DNA from: an archaeon
GTDB lineage: Archaea > Nanobdellota > Nanobdellia > Pacearchaeales > GW2011-AR1
Reading direction: 5' to 3'
Length of the DNA: 64,000 bases
NCBI GenBank assembly: GCA_018697035.1
Contig: JABHSE010000001.1
Location: forward strand, 29,653 to 93,652
The notes beneath the pieces were generated by a model. The model did no database searches and was not told the origin of the DNA. It saw only the letters and a list, made by a program, of their open reading frames with translations. Of the stretch, positions 1 through 9,588 are shown piece by piece. Position numbers and translations under genes: made by a program. Positions within the stretch are counted from its first letter, which is position 1. Each line of letters starts with the position of its first letter.

Positions 1-312
1 TCTTATGATGAGCCGTTTGCGGAGGAGAGGTTTCGGGAGATGGGAGAGGAGGAACATATTGAATGGAAGTCTGGGATGATGAGGAAAGATAGGGAAAATC
101 TTAAGCCACAGGATGCGGTTTTGGTTTTGAATCTTGAGAAGAATGGGATTCCTAATTATATTGGAGGGGCTACTTTTTTGGAGGTTTATATGGCTTGGGA
201 TTTGGGGAAGAAGATATTTTTTTATAATCAATTGCCTGATTGTTCGTTTACGGATGAGTTGGTGGGGATTAATCCCGTTGTGATAAATGGAGAGTTGGGG
301 TTGGTGCGATGA
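1..312 (+). CDS. 5'-truncated protein, nucleoside 2-deoxyribosyltransferase-like fold
   Basis: Frame is open from base 1; the DAVLVLN...YIGGATFLEVYMA..LGKKIF pattern resembles NDT-like proteins. Confidence 0.5.
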   Translation, partial: SYDEPFAEERFREMGEEEHIEWKSGMMRKDRENLKPQDAVLVLNLEKNGIPNYIGGATFLEVYMAWDLGKKIFFYNQLPDCSFTDELVGINPVVINGELGLVR

Positions 313-548
313 GAGGTTTGGATAAAAATGGTATGCCCATAGCAGAAGGTGTTTATTTGGTTAAAGAGACTGGATATTGTAGTGGTGAAGAAACGATAGA
401 CGTTTATGATCATCCGATTAAAGGATTATCTTGTTTTAGTGAAGATTTTGGATCTGCTGGAACTGGAATCGATGATGAGTGTGATTGTCATGTTTCTGTT
501 CAGAACACTGGGATGGAATTTATTAAAAGAGTGAGGGATTTGGATTAA
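309..548 (+). CDS. Hypothetical protein (79 aa)
   Basis: ATGA overlap with the upstream gene; ends 1 nt before rfcL; no recognised motif. Confidence 0.6.
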   Translation: MRGLDKNGMPIAEGVYLVKETGYCSGEETIDVYDHPIKGLSCFSEDFGSAGTGIDDECDCHVSVQNTGMEFIKRVRDLD

Positions 549-549
549 G

Positions 550-1743
550 ATGATGAATTTGAAGAATGTGCCGTGGTGTGAGAAGTATCGGGTTCATGAG
601 CTGGCGGATATTAAGGGGCAGGAGTTGGCGGTTGATAAGATTAAGTTTTTTTTGAAGAGTTTCCCAAAGAAGAAGGCGATTTGTTTGCATGGGCCTCCGG
701 GTGTTGGGAAGACTAGTTTGGCTTATGCTGTTGCGGGGGAGATGGGAGCGGAGATTTTGGAGCTTAATGCATCTGACTTTCGGAATAAGGCGAAAATTGG
801 AGAGATTGTTGGGCCGGCAAGTCGTCAAGCCAGTTTGTTTGGGAAGGGGAAGATTATTTTGATTGATGAGGTCGATGGTATTTCGGCGATGAAGGATAGG
901 GGTGGTTTGGCTGAGTTGTTGGGGTTGTTGGAAAAGAGTGCGTTTCCGATTGTTATTACGGCTAATGATATTTGGAATAAGAAGTTTAGCATGCTTCGGA
1001 AGAAGGCGGAGGTTGTCGCGATGACGGGGGTTGAACATAAGGAGATTTTGAAAATTTTGATGGAGGTTTGCGAGAGCGAGAATTGTGTTGTGTCTGGGGA
1101 TGTTTTGCGAGGGATTGCGATTCGTGCGAGAGGTGATATCCGTGCGGCTTTGAATGATTTAGAGGTTTTATCGAAGATGGATAGCGAGAGTTTGATGCAA
1201 GAGGTTGGAGATAGGGATAGGGAGAAGTCGGTTTTTGATGCGTTGAAGAAGGTGTTTCAGGGGACTGGGATTGATGATGAGATGCTCAGGGTTTATGATG
1301 ATGTTAATATGCCGATTGATGATTTGTTTTTGTGGGTTGAAGAGAATTTGGCGGTTGCTTATCAGGGAGAGGAATTGTGTTTGGCTTTAGATCGTTTGAG
1401 TTTGGCGGATGTTTATCGGGGGAGGATTCGGAGGCAGAGGCACTATCGGTTTATGGTTTATGAGTATTTTTTGCTTGGAGCTGGGATTGCTAGTGTTAAG
1501 AAGTATGAGCGGGGAGGCTGGGTTCAGTATAAGAAGCCGTCAAGGATTTTGAAGATTTGGTTGCAGAATCAGAGGGCTGCGAAGAAGAAGTCGATTTGTG
1601 AGAAGTATGCTAAGGTGGCTCATGTTTCTGTTAAGGGGGCTATGAAGGATTTTTTGTTGTTGCGGTTGATTCTTGGAGATGGGAAAGTTAGGAAGGAGTT
1701 GGATTTGAGTGGGGATGAGATTTTGTATTTGGATAAGGTTTAG
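550..1743 (+). CDS. rfcL: Replication factor C large subunit
   Basis: PWCEKYR, Walker A GPPGVGKT, LELNASD, Walker B IILIDEVD, GDIRAALNDL. Confidence 0.93.
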   Translation: MMNLKNVPWCEKYRVHELADIKGQELAVDKIKFFLKSFPKKKAICLHGPPGVGKTSLAYAVAGEMGAEILELNASDFRNKAKIGEIVGPASRQASLFGKGKIILIDEVDGISAMKDRGGLAELLGLLEKSAFPIVITANDIWNKKFSMLRKKAEVVAMTGVEHKEILKILMEVCESENCVVSGDVLRGIAIRARGDIRAALNDLEVLSKMDSESLMQEVGDRDREKSVFDALKKVFQGTGIDDEMLRVYDDVNMPIDDLFLWVEENLAVAYQGEELCLALDRLSLADVYRGRIRRQRHYRFMVYEYFLLGAGIASVKKYERGGWVQYKKPSRILKIWLQNQRAAKKKSICEKYAKVAHVSVKGAMKDFLLLRLILGDGKVRKELDLSGDEILYLDKV

Positions 1744-1815
1744 GCTTCTATGAGATATTGAGACTAAGTTGATTATATTGTATAAGTTTTAATAATATTA
1801 AGTTTTGGTTTTGTT

Positions 1816-2376
1816 ATGAGTGGTGATTTGGTTCGTAATTTTTTGAGGGAATCTAATGCTATTGAGAGTGAGTATGGTGATGTTGCGTTTGAGGATTCGG
1901 TTGAGGCTTGGAATTATGCTTTGGATAGGTATAATGATTTCGGGATTGATTATGTTTGTGGGATTCATGAGCGGTTGATGAAGAGGTTGAACGTGGGGAT
2001 TGCTGGGAAGTTGAGGCGGAAGAAGATCTATATTGTTGGGCGAAATAGGGATGGGCGACAAGTTATTATTCGAGAAATTGAAGCTAAGGGAAATAAGCCG
2101 CGTTTGCGTAAGTGGTGTGAAAGGTATAATGATATTAGGGATTTGATTGAAATAAAGGAAGCGCATATTGATTTTGAGATGATTCATCCTTTTGCAGATG
2201 GAAATGGTAGGGTTGGTAGGATTTTATATAATGTTCAGAGAGTTAATGTTGGGGAAGATGTTAGAGTGTTTTGGGAGAGGGAGAAGGGAAATTATTACGA
2301 GTGGTTTGTTGATAGGCGGAAACGGAATATGTGGATTGAATTGTATATGGGATTAGATAAGGAAAAAAATAATTAA
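1816..2376 (+). CDS. Fic-domain protein
   Basis: Canonical HPFADGNGRVGR motif; N-terminal SNAIE resembles the inhibitory helix. Confidence 0.9.
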   Translation: MSGDLVRNFLRESNAIESEYGDVAFEDSVEAWNYALDRYNDFGIDYVCGIHERLMKRLNVGIAGKLRRKKIYIVGRNRDGRQVIIREIEAKGNKPRLRKWCERYNDIRDLIEIKEAHIDFEMIHPFADGNGRVGRILYNVQRVNVGEDVRVFWEREKGNYYEWFVDRRKRNMWIELYMGLDKEKNN

Positions 2377-3308
2377 CAATTGCCTTGTGCTTGAACTTCT
2401 GTTGCATCTAAAGCATTAGCACATTCTTCTGGAGCTTCATTATATGCGGAACAGATTGCTGTTTTGATTGCTTCTGCTGTTCTTGCTACGTTTGCTTTTA
2501 CGCCGTTGATTAGTATTGTTGGAGATCCTGTTACTCCATTAGCTTGAGCTTGTGCTCTGTCTGCATCGATTAATGCTGTTCCTTTTTCTTCTACACAAGA
2601 CATTACTGCGGATGAATCAATTCCAAGGGAGTCCATTAATTTGATTGATTCTGTTTCGTCACACTCGATGTCTCTTGATTGTCCACATACTGGATATATA
2701 TCTGTTACGAATCCTGCTGCGTAGTCCCAGTAGTTTTCGTTATCTAGCTCTTGAATACAGGCCTGGATTTTATTTTGTTGAGTTTCGTATGCTCCGTGTC
2801 CGTCGTGATACATGATTGCCTTGAAGTCTGCCTTACCTGCTAGTAGAGATGCAACTTCTGCGAAAGGGTCTTGTGCCATAACTCCGTAAGGGCAGTATGA
2901 CCAGATGAATAAGTCTACGATTGGTTTGTCTGATTTTGGAACTTCTGTTGGTGTTGGAGCATCTGGTGTTTCAGAAGCTGGTTGTGTTTCAAGTGAGATT
3001 GGTTGAGGGACTAGAGTTTTCCCGTCCTTTGTTACATATACTGGAACTTCTTGGTCCTCTATCATTAGAACTATTTCGTATAATGAGCCGTCGTCTGATG
3101 CGCTTATTAATTCTGCGTTAGCTCCTTGTGCGTTCGCGAAGTCTAATACTTTTTGTCCTGCCGTTTCTGGAGATACGATTGTGCCTGATGTTGAACCTGT
3201 TAGAAGTGTTGCTATTAATATGATTGCTAGAACTGCTGTTGAAATTGTCCAGTAGTTTTGTGATAGTGTTTTTAGGATGTCGTTTTTACCACTTTTTTTC
3301 TTTGTCAT
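2373..3308 (-). CDS. Membrane-anchored thioredoxin/DsbA-fold protein
   Basis: N-terminal TM helix, SYCPYG active-site-like motif, GVTGSPTILING cis-Pro motif. Confidence 0.8.
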   Translation of the reverse strand: MTKKKSGKNDILKTLSQNYWTISTAVLAIILIATLLTGSTSGTIVSPETAGQKVLDFANAQGANAELISASDDGSLYEIVLMIEDQEVPVYVTKDGKTLVPQPISLETQPASETPDAPTPTEVPKSDKPIVDLFIWSYCPYGVMAQDPFAEVASLLAGKADFKAIMYHDGHGAYETQQNKIQACIQELDNENYWDYAAGFVTDIYPVCGQSRDIECDETESIKLMDSLGIDSSAVMSCVEEKGTALIDADRAQAQANGVTGSPTILINGVKANVARTAEAIKTAICSAYNEAPEECANALDATEVQAQGNC

Positions 3309-3358
3309 ATTTTCTTGAGATTAGAATTGTTTATAAATCTTTTGCAGTAATTAGTTTC

Positions 3359-4291
3359 ATGGACATTGAAGGTAAAGTTGTCGAGACTGTTGAGGAATAT
3401 GATTTGATGGTTAAGAAAGATAAGGTTGTTGTGGCTTTGTCTGGGGGGAAGGATTCGACGTCTGTCTTATATATATTGAAGAAGCTGGGTTATGATGTTC
3501 ATGGGTTGATGATTGATTTGTATTTGGGTGAGTGGTCTGAGATTCACAAGAAGAATATGACTCGGTTTTGTGAGGAATTAGATGTGCCTCTGACTGTTGT
3601 TGATTTGAAGAAGGAAATTGGGCAGGGGATTTGTTTTGTTAAGGCTGTGTTAGCGAAGAAGAAAGGGTTGACGGGGTGTACGGTTTGTGGGATTATTAAG
3701 CGGTGGGTTTTGAATAAGTGGGCTCGGAAGCTTGGTGCTGATGTTATTGTGACTGGACATAATTTGGATGATGAGGCACAGAATGTTTTGATGAATTACC
3801 TCAAAGGTAACGTGAGTCTCGGAGCAGGACTTGCTCCGATGACGGGTGGTTCACAATTAAAGATTGTGGGTGGTTCAAGCTCGGAGAGCTCGGGTGGTTC
3901 AGAATTAGAGATTCTGGGGGGTTCAGCTTCGCTGGGGGCTTGTGTAGCCAAGAACCAAGAACCAAGAACCAAGAACCAATTAAATTTTGTGCAGAGGGTC
4001 AAGCCTTTGTTTTTTGTGCCGGAGAGTGAGGTTCGAAAGTTTGCTGAGGATATGAAGTTTGATATTTTGTATGACAGGTGTCCTTGTGCGTTTGGGACAT
4101 ATCGGGTTGATACGAGGGGATGGATGGTGGAGAATATGAAAGACGAAGATAAGTTGAAGGTTGTTGAGGGGTTTATGGAGAGTGTTGGTGGGATGAAGAA
4201 GGATGATCGAGAGGTTAGGAGTTGTGAGGTTTGTGGTGAGGTTTCGCGAGGGAAGGTTTGCAAGTTTTGTGAGATTGTTCAGTGTGTTTGA
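3359..4291 (+). CDS. ttuA: tRNA 2-thiolation protein, TtuA/Ncs6 family (carries a repeat-derived in-frame insert)
   Basis: PP-loop SGGKDS, CxxC, TGHNLDD, C-terminal CEVC..CKFC; ATG at 3359 lies downstream of a TATA box. Confidence 0.88.
   Translation: MDIEGKVVETVEEYDLMVKKDKVVVALSGGKDSTSVLYILKKLGYDVHGLMIDLYLGEWSEIHKKNMTRFCEELDVPLTVVDLKKEIGQGICFVKAVLAKKKGLTGCTVCGIIKRWVLNKWARKLGADVIVTGHNLDDEAQNVLMNYLKGNVSLGAGLAPMTGGSQLKIVGGSSSESSGGSELEILGGSASLGACVAKNQEPRTKNQLNFVQRVKPLFFVPESEVRKFAEDMKFDILYDRCPCAFGTYRVDTRGWMVENMKDEDKLKVVEGFMESVGGMKKDDREVRSCEVCGEVSRGKVCKFCEIVQCV
3844..3979 (+). repeat. Tandem repeats inside ttuA: four 24-bp units (GGGTGGTTCA...) followed by ~4.6 x CCAAGAA
   Basis: Units begin at 3844, 3868, 3892 and 3916; heptamer run at 3948-3979. 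Confidence 0.9.
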
Positions 4292-4344
4292 TTTGTATAT
4301 TAGAGTACACATTTTTTTAAAAGTGGAAGTTGTTTGTTTTTTGT

Positions 4345-4827
4345 ATGATAAATCAGCGTCAGTTTGGAGATATGCTTATTGAGGATGGATTGGTCTGTAA
4401 GAATTATGAAAGTGCTAAAGAGTTGAAAGTTGGAATGGAGAATTTTTTAGACGATGATTTTAAGATATGGCTTTCTTATGGAGATAGGACTCTTGGTTTG
4501 ACGGATAGTGATGCGTTGTATCCTTTGACTAATCACGATAGGGCTAATGTTTGTAATTATTTGCATTTTGTGGATAGTGTCGCGAAAGCTGAAGAGGGTG
4601 GTGTTTCCTATGTGGGAGATGGTAGGATTCATCTTGAGCATCTTGATGGAAGGTTGCATACCGAGAATAACGGTGATTTTGTGATGCATTTTGGTTTGGG
4701 GGAGTATGTTAATTGGGGTATTGATTTTCATCTTTCAGCTGGAGAGCTTGGTAAGAAGTATAGTACGAAGATAAGTAGGCACTCTACTTTGATTGATGAT
4801 GTTGCTCAGAAGTGTTTTGGTTTGTAA
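4345..4827 (+). CDS. Hypothetical protein
   Basis: ORF with upstream TATA-like box; no motif recognised. Confidence 0.65.
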   Translation: MINQRQFGDMLIEDGLVCKNYESAKELKVGMENFLDDDFKIWLSYGDRTLGLTDSDALYPLTNHDRANVCNYLHFVDSVAKAEEGGVSYVGDGRIHLEHLDGRLHTENNGDFVMHFGLGEYVNWGIDFHLSAGELGKKYSTKISRHSTLIDDVAQKCFGL

Positions 4828-4873
4828 GTGAAGTGTAGATATTTTTATAAAGATTGGAGTTTTTTGTTTTGGT

Positions 4874-5932
4874 ATGATTGATGAGGCAGGTAGAAAAGAA
4901 AGTGAATGGCAAGAATATTGTTCTGAGTTCAGGGGTGATGGTTCTGACTTGGAAGGGATTTTTTTAGAGAGGCAGAGTGAGGGTAAGGTTGGTGTGATGT
5001 CTCCAGGTGGAAATGGGAATATTCCTCTTCTTTTTTCTCGAGGTGGAGCATTGGCTGAGGCTTGGGAGAATTCCTTGATTGCTTTGGCTGCTCGAGGTGG
5101 GTTTGTTCGAACACAGTATGATGATAAAAATTCTGAAAATGGACTTTATCTTTCTCCTCCTAGTATTGATGCTACGATGAGTGTAATTGTTGAAGCTCCT
5201 TCTTCTGATCCTATGATTCATAAGTCTTTCCCGGGAGGATTGGAAGATTTGGAAGAATATCGTCAAGAGGTTTTAGATGGGATTAAAGATCATTGGGTAA
5301 GAGATCAGAATAATCCTGATGATAAGAGGTGGGAGTATACTTATCATGAACGTATGTTTGGATATAAAGTTCCGGGATTGAAAGGGTCTATTGATCAAGT
5401 TGAAAATATGATTGGTAATTTGGCTAGGAGTCCGATTACTCGTAGGGCTCAGGCAACTTCTTGGAAAGTATGGGAAGATTTGAATATTTCAGATCCAGCT
5501 TGCTTCCAGTCCTTGTGGGGTAGGATTTTGAGGACGAATGATGAATTTAAATTTTATTCGAATGAATCTGATGGTGAGCAAAAGTTGAACCTTAATATGA
5601 GGTTTAGAAGTAGGGATGCTTATGATGCAGCTTTTATGAATAACTTTGCTTTTATTAATTTGGCAGAATATATGGCTGGTGAAATTTCTGGTAGACAGGG
5701 TGAAAAAGTTGAACTAGGAAGGTTTGAAGATAAATCTGATTCTTATCATATTTATGGGAAGAGACTTGAAGATTTTGGAAGTCGTTTTGTGAAATCTATA
5801 TCTAATCGTTCTTTTGAGGATAGAACTTGGGATAGAGCCTTTGTTCAACCATTTTTTGATGCAGCAAAGTCTACGATAATTGAGAAGGTTAAGGCTCAGG
5901 ATTTGAAATATTGTGATCAAGGTTTGAAGTAG
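4874..5932 (+). CDS. thyA: Thymidylate synthase (archaeal ThyA type)
   Basis: YTYHER, TRRAQA, DPAC (catalytic Cys), FRSRDAYDAAFMN (Asn for dUMP specificity), SYHIY. Confidence 0.88.
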   Translation: MIDEAGRKESEWQEYCSEFRGDGSDLEGIFLERQSEGKVGVMSPGGNGNIPLLFSRGGALAEAWENSLIALAARGGFVRTQYDDKNSENGLYLSPPSIDATMSVIVEAPSSDPMIHKSFPGGLEDLEEYRQEVLDGIKDHWVRDQNNPDDKRWEYTYHERMFGYKVPGLKGSIDQVENMIGNLARSPITRRAQATSWKVWEDLNISDPACFQSLWGRILRTNDEFKFYSNESDGEQKLNLNMRFRSRDAYDAAFMNNFAFINLAEYMAGEISGRQGEKVELGRFEDKSDSYHIYGKRLEDFGSRFVKSISNRSFEDRTWDRAFVQPFFDAAKSTIIEKVKAQDLKYCDQGLK

Positions 5933-5989
5933 TTCTATTATATAGTGTAGTTCATATTTTTTTATAAAGTGTTGTGGTTTTTCGGTTGT

Positions 5990-6766
5990 ATGAATAGGGG
6001 GAATTTCATTGTTGTTGATGGTGTTGATGGTGTTGGGAAGAGTGTGATTGAGTTGGCTTTGTTGGAGAGGATTGGTGGGGAGGTTTTTGATAGTGTTTCT
6101 TGGAGTAAAGAGAATTTAGGAGAGCGTCCTGATGTTTCGTTGACTGGTGAGTGTGATGTTGTTTTGACTGCGGAGCCGACTTATTCTGGGTTGGGTTCTG
6201 ATATTCGTAGGACACTTATTTCAAATTTGAAGAGAGGTGTCTTTCCTTATGGGTTGTTGATTGGGGCGTATTCGTTGGATCGTGATATTCAGTTGAGAAA
6301 TTTGGTTCTTCCAGTGCTTGCGAGGGGTCGTGATGTTGTGCAGAGTCGGAGTGTTGCTTCGTCTCTTTGTTATCAGACATTGAGTGCTGAGGACGAGGGT
6401 TTGGATCCTGTCGCTGTTAGGGATGAGGTGTTGAGGTCGACTGGTAATGTTTTTGAGTTGTCGTATGCTCCGGACTTGTTGATTATTCCGACTATTGGTA
6501 AGGTTGAGGATTTGATGTTGAGGTTTGAAGCGAGAGGAAAAAAGGATGATGCTATTTTTGAGAAGATGGATTTTTTGGAGCGGGTTAAGGTTTGTTATGA
6601 AAGTGATTGGTTGCGGGAGATATTTGAGAAATCTGGTAGTGCTGTTGCCTATTTGGATGCGGGGATTTCTATTGAGAGTACGAGAGAGCAGGCTATTGAT
6701 ATTTATGATGCCTGGTTGGCGACGGGAAAAATTCCTAGAGAGTTTAGGAAAATTCCTAGTTCTTAA
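5990..6766 (+). CDS. tmk: Thymidylate kinase
   Basis: FIVVDGVDGVGKS P-loop, AEPT, YSLDR, SSLCYQ, PDL. Confidence 0.85.
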   Translation: MNRGNFIVVDGVDGVGKSVIELALLERIGGEVFDSVSWSKENLGERPDVSLTGECDVVLTAEPTYSGLGSDIRRTLISNLKRGVFPYGLLIGAYSLDRDIQLRNLVLPVLARGRDVVQSRSVASSLCYQTLSAEDEGLDPVAVRDEVLRSTGNVFELSYAPDLLIIPTIGKVEDLMLRFEARGKKDDAIFEKMDFLERVKVCYESDWLREIFEKSGSAVAYLDAGISIESTREQAIDIYDAWLATGKIPREFRKIPSS

Positions 6767-6885
6767 AGATGTGTTTTCATTCTTGAAAAGTACTGGTACG
6801 TTTTGATTGTTAACTATTGTGAACGAAAGTGTGTTCTTTATGACAACAATCTTTAAATAGACGAAATATTAGTTTTGTCCCATAG

Positions 6886-6933
6886 CTACAATTTATTGTA
6901 GTTAAAATGAGTGTGATATACCATATATTGTAT
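6886..6933. promoter_or_regulatory. Tandem NrdR boxes (CTACAATTTATTGTAG at 6886-6901; ATACCATATATTGTAT at 6918-6933)
   Basis: Two 16-bp palindromes resembling acaCwAtATaTwGtgt, 32 bp start to start, between TTTAAATA (6852) and the nrdR start. Confidence 0.8.
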
Positions 6934-6956
6934 TCATTGCAAAATAACAAATCAAG

Positions 6957-7397
6957 ATGCTATGTCCATATTGCAATTCAAGTGAAACGAAGGTTACTGA
7001 TAAGCGGGACTCTGGAAGTGAGTCTCGGAGGCGAAGGGAGTGTTTGAAATGTGGGAAGCGGTTTACGACGTATGAGCGGGTTGAGTTGGATATGTATGTT
7101 ATTAAGAAGGATGGGAAGCGAGAGCGGTTTTCGCGGGACAAGTTGTTTAAGGGGATTGAGAACAATTTGCAGAAGCGGCCTTTTAGTAGTGAGCAGATAA
7201 ATTCGATAGTTGATGATATTGAGGCTAGGGTTTATCGGTTTGCGAAAGATAAGGATATTACGAGTAGCAGGGTTGGGGAGTTTGTGTTGGCGAAGTTGAA
7301 GAAAGTGGATAAGGTGGCGTACATTCGGTTTGCGGCGGTCTATCGGGACTTTGCGAATATTGACGAATTCAGTTACGAGCTGAAAAAAATAAAATAA
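6957..7397 (+). CDS. nrdR: Transcriptional repressor NrdR
   Basis: CPYC...RRRRECLKCGKRFTTYE zinc ribbon, ATP cone, VAYIRFAAVYRDF. Confidence 0.96.
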   Translation: MLCPYCNSSETKVTDKRDSGSESRRRRECLKCGKRFTTYERVELDMYVIKKDGKRERFSRDKLFKGIENNLQKRPFSSEQINSIVDDIEARVYRFAKDKDITSSRVGEFVLAKLKKVDKVAYIRFAAVYRDFANIDEFSYELKKIK

Positions 7398-7404
7398 AAA
7401 TAAA

Positions 7405-9588
7405 ATGGTAAAAAAAATAAGAAAGAGAGATGGGAGCGTTGTGTTCTTTCAGCCTGATAAAATTGAGAATGCGATTTGGAAGTCGGTTCGAGCTGTTGGT
7501 GGGAAGGATAAAGATAGGGCTAGTGAGGTAGCTGGGCAGGTTGTTGAAAAGTTAGAGCGGATTTATGGGGAGCATGGGGTTGCTGATGTTGAGGATGTTC
7601 AGGATTTGATTGAGAAGGTTTTAATTGAGGAAGGGCACGCGAAGGTTTCGAAGGCGTTTATTTTGTATCGGAAGAGTCGAGAGGAACTTCGGGATGTTAA
7701 GGGTTTGTTTGATACGATCGAGGCTGTTGAGGATTATATTGGGTTGAATGATTGGATGGTTAAAGAGAATTCTAATATGGGTTATTCGCTGCAAGGGTTG
7801 AATAATTATATTGCAACTAAGATTGTTTCGAATTATTGGATGAGGCGGATTTATCCCGAGGCTATCCGAAAAGTTCACGAGGCTGGAGATATTCATGTTC
7901 ATGATTTGGGGACGCTTGGGGCTTATTGTGTTGGTTGGGATTTGAAGGATTTATTGACGGTTGGGTTTAAGGGTGTGAAGGGTAAAGTTGAAAGTAAGCC
8001 TGCTAAACACTTGAGGACGGCGCTCGGACAGATGGTTAATTTCTTTTATACTTTGCAGGGTGAATCGGCTGGTGCTCAGGCATTTAGCAATTTTGATACA
8101 CTTCTTGCTCCGTTTATTCGTTATGATAAATTGGACTATAAGCAGGTTAAACAGTCGATGCAGGAATTTGTTTTTAATATGGCTGTGCCGACGAGGGTTG
8201 GTTTTCAGACGCCGTTTACGAATATCACTATGGATTTGGAGGTGCCGAATTACATGAAGGATGAGCATGTTGTCATCGGTGGAGAGTTGAAGATGGAGAA
8301 ATATGGAGATTTTCAGAAAGAGATGGATATTATTAATAAGGCGTTTGCGGAGTGTATGATTGAGGGAGATGCTAGTGGACAAGTTTTTACCTTTCCGATT
8401 CCGACTTATAACATTACGAAGGATTTTGATTTTGATAAGCCGGAGCATGAGTTGATATGGGAAATGACGGCGAAGTATGGGATTCCCTATTTTTCGAATT
8501 TTGTTAATTCTGATATGAAGCCTGAGGATTCTCGGAGTATGTGTTGTCGTTTGAGGATTGATAATACTGAATTGAAGAAGAGAGGTGGTGGTTTGTTTGG
8601 GGCGAATCCTTTGACTGGTTCGATTGGTGTTGTGACTATGAATATGGCGAGACTTGGTTATGTGTCGACGAGTGAGGATGATTTTATGGGAAGGCTGGAT
8701 CGTTTGATGGAGTTGGCAAAAGAGAGTCTTGAGATTAAGAGGAAGGCGATTGAGCGGTTTACTGAAATGGGGCTTTATCCTTATTCTAAGTTTTATCTTC
8801 GGGTTGTTCATGAAAGGTTTGGGGAGTATTGGAAAAATCATTTTGGGACGATTGGTTTGCTTGGTATGAATGAGTCTGTGAAGAATTTTATGCCTGGCGA
8901 AGATATTACTACGGAGAAGGGTAGGGCTTTTGCCTTGAAGGTTTTGGATTTTATGAGGGATAGATTGACAGGATATCAGGAGGAGACGGGGAGTATTTAT
9001 AATTTGGAGGCGACTCCAGGAGAAGGGACGACCTATAGATTTGCTCGGACGGATAAGAAGAGATTTGGCAGAATTATTGTTGCGAATGAGGAGGCTGTGA
9101 AGCTTGGGGCTAAGCCTTATTATACAAATTCGTCGCAGTTGCCTGTCGACTTTACGGACGATGTTTTTGAGGCGTTAGATTTGCAGGATGAAATCCAATG
9201 TAAGTATACTGGTGGGACGGTGTTTCATACTTTTGTTGGAGAGAGGATGACTACGGATGCTGTTAAGAATATGGTTAAGAAGATTGCGTTTGGTTATCAC
9301 TTGCCTTACTTTACGATTTCTCCTACGTTTTCGATTTGTCCTAATCATGGGTATTTGAGTGGGGAGCATGAGTATTGTCCGAAATGTGATTTGGAGATTG
9401 CGGAAGGGAATGTTGCTATTGCCGAGGATGTTGTTTTGGAGGAGGAGGCTGAGAAGAAGATTGTTGAGGTTGAAGATGCTGATGTTTTAATGAAGCCGAT
9501 TGCTATTGAGGTAAAGAAGGTTAGTGCGTTTGGCGAGGGTGAAGAATCTAAATTAAATAAGAGAGGTGATATTGATGGCGAGGACTAA
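7405..9588 (+). CDS. nrdD: Class III (anaerobic) ribonucleoside-triphosphate reductase, large chain lacking the glycyl-radical motif
   Basis: N-terminal ATP cone, HVHDL, SMCCRL finger loop, EATPGEG, CPNH..CPKC; no RVxGY in frame. Confidence 0.93.
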   Translation: MVKKIRKRDGSVVFFQPDKIENAIWKSVRAVGGKDKDRASEVAGQVVEKLERIYGEHGVADVEDVQDLIEKVLIEEGHAKVSKAFILYRKSREELRDVKGLFDTIEAVEDYIGLNDWMVKENSNMGYSLQGLNNYIATKIVSNYWMRRIYPEAIRKVHEAGDIHVHDLGTLGAYCVGWDLKDLLTVGFKGVKGKVESKPAKHLRTALGQMVNFFYTLQGESAGAQAFSNFDTLLAPFIRYDKLDYKQVKQSMQEFVFNMAVPTRVGFQTPFTNITMDLEVPNYMKDEHVVIGGELKMEKYGDFQKEMDIINKAFAECMIEGDASGQVFTFPIPTYNITKDFDFDKPEHELIWEMTAKYGIPYFSNFVNSDMKPEDSRSMCCRLRIDNTELKKRGGGLFGANPLTGSIGVVTMNMARLGYVSTSEDDFMGRLDRLMELAKESLEIKRKAIERFTEMGLYPYSKFYLRVVHERFGEYWKNHFGTIGLLGMNESVKNFMPGEDITTEKGRAFALKVLDFMRDRLTGYQEETGSIYNLEATPGEGTTYRFARTDKKRFGRIIVANEEAVKLGAKPYYTNSSQLPVDFTDDVFEALDLQDEIQCKYTGGTVFHTFVGERMTTDAVKNMVKKIAFGYHLPYFTISPTFSICPNHGYLSGEHEYCPKCDLEIAEGNVAIAEDVVLEEEAEKKIVEVEDADVLMKPIAIEVKKVSAFGEGEESKLNKRGDIDGED

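Noticed and set aside
4874..5932. ThyA as a base-modifying dCMP hydroxymethylase
   Set aside because: The specificity residue is Asn (RSRDAYDAAFMN), as in dUMP-specific synthases, and it sits beside tmk.
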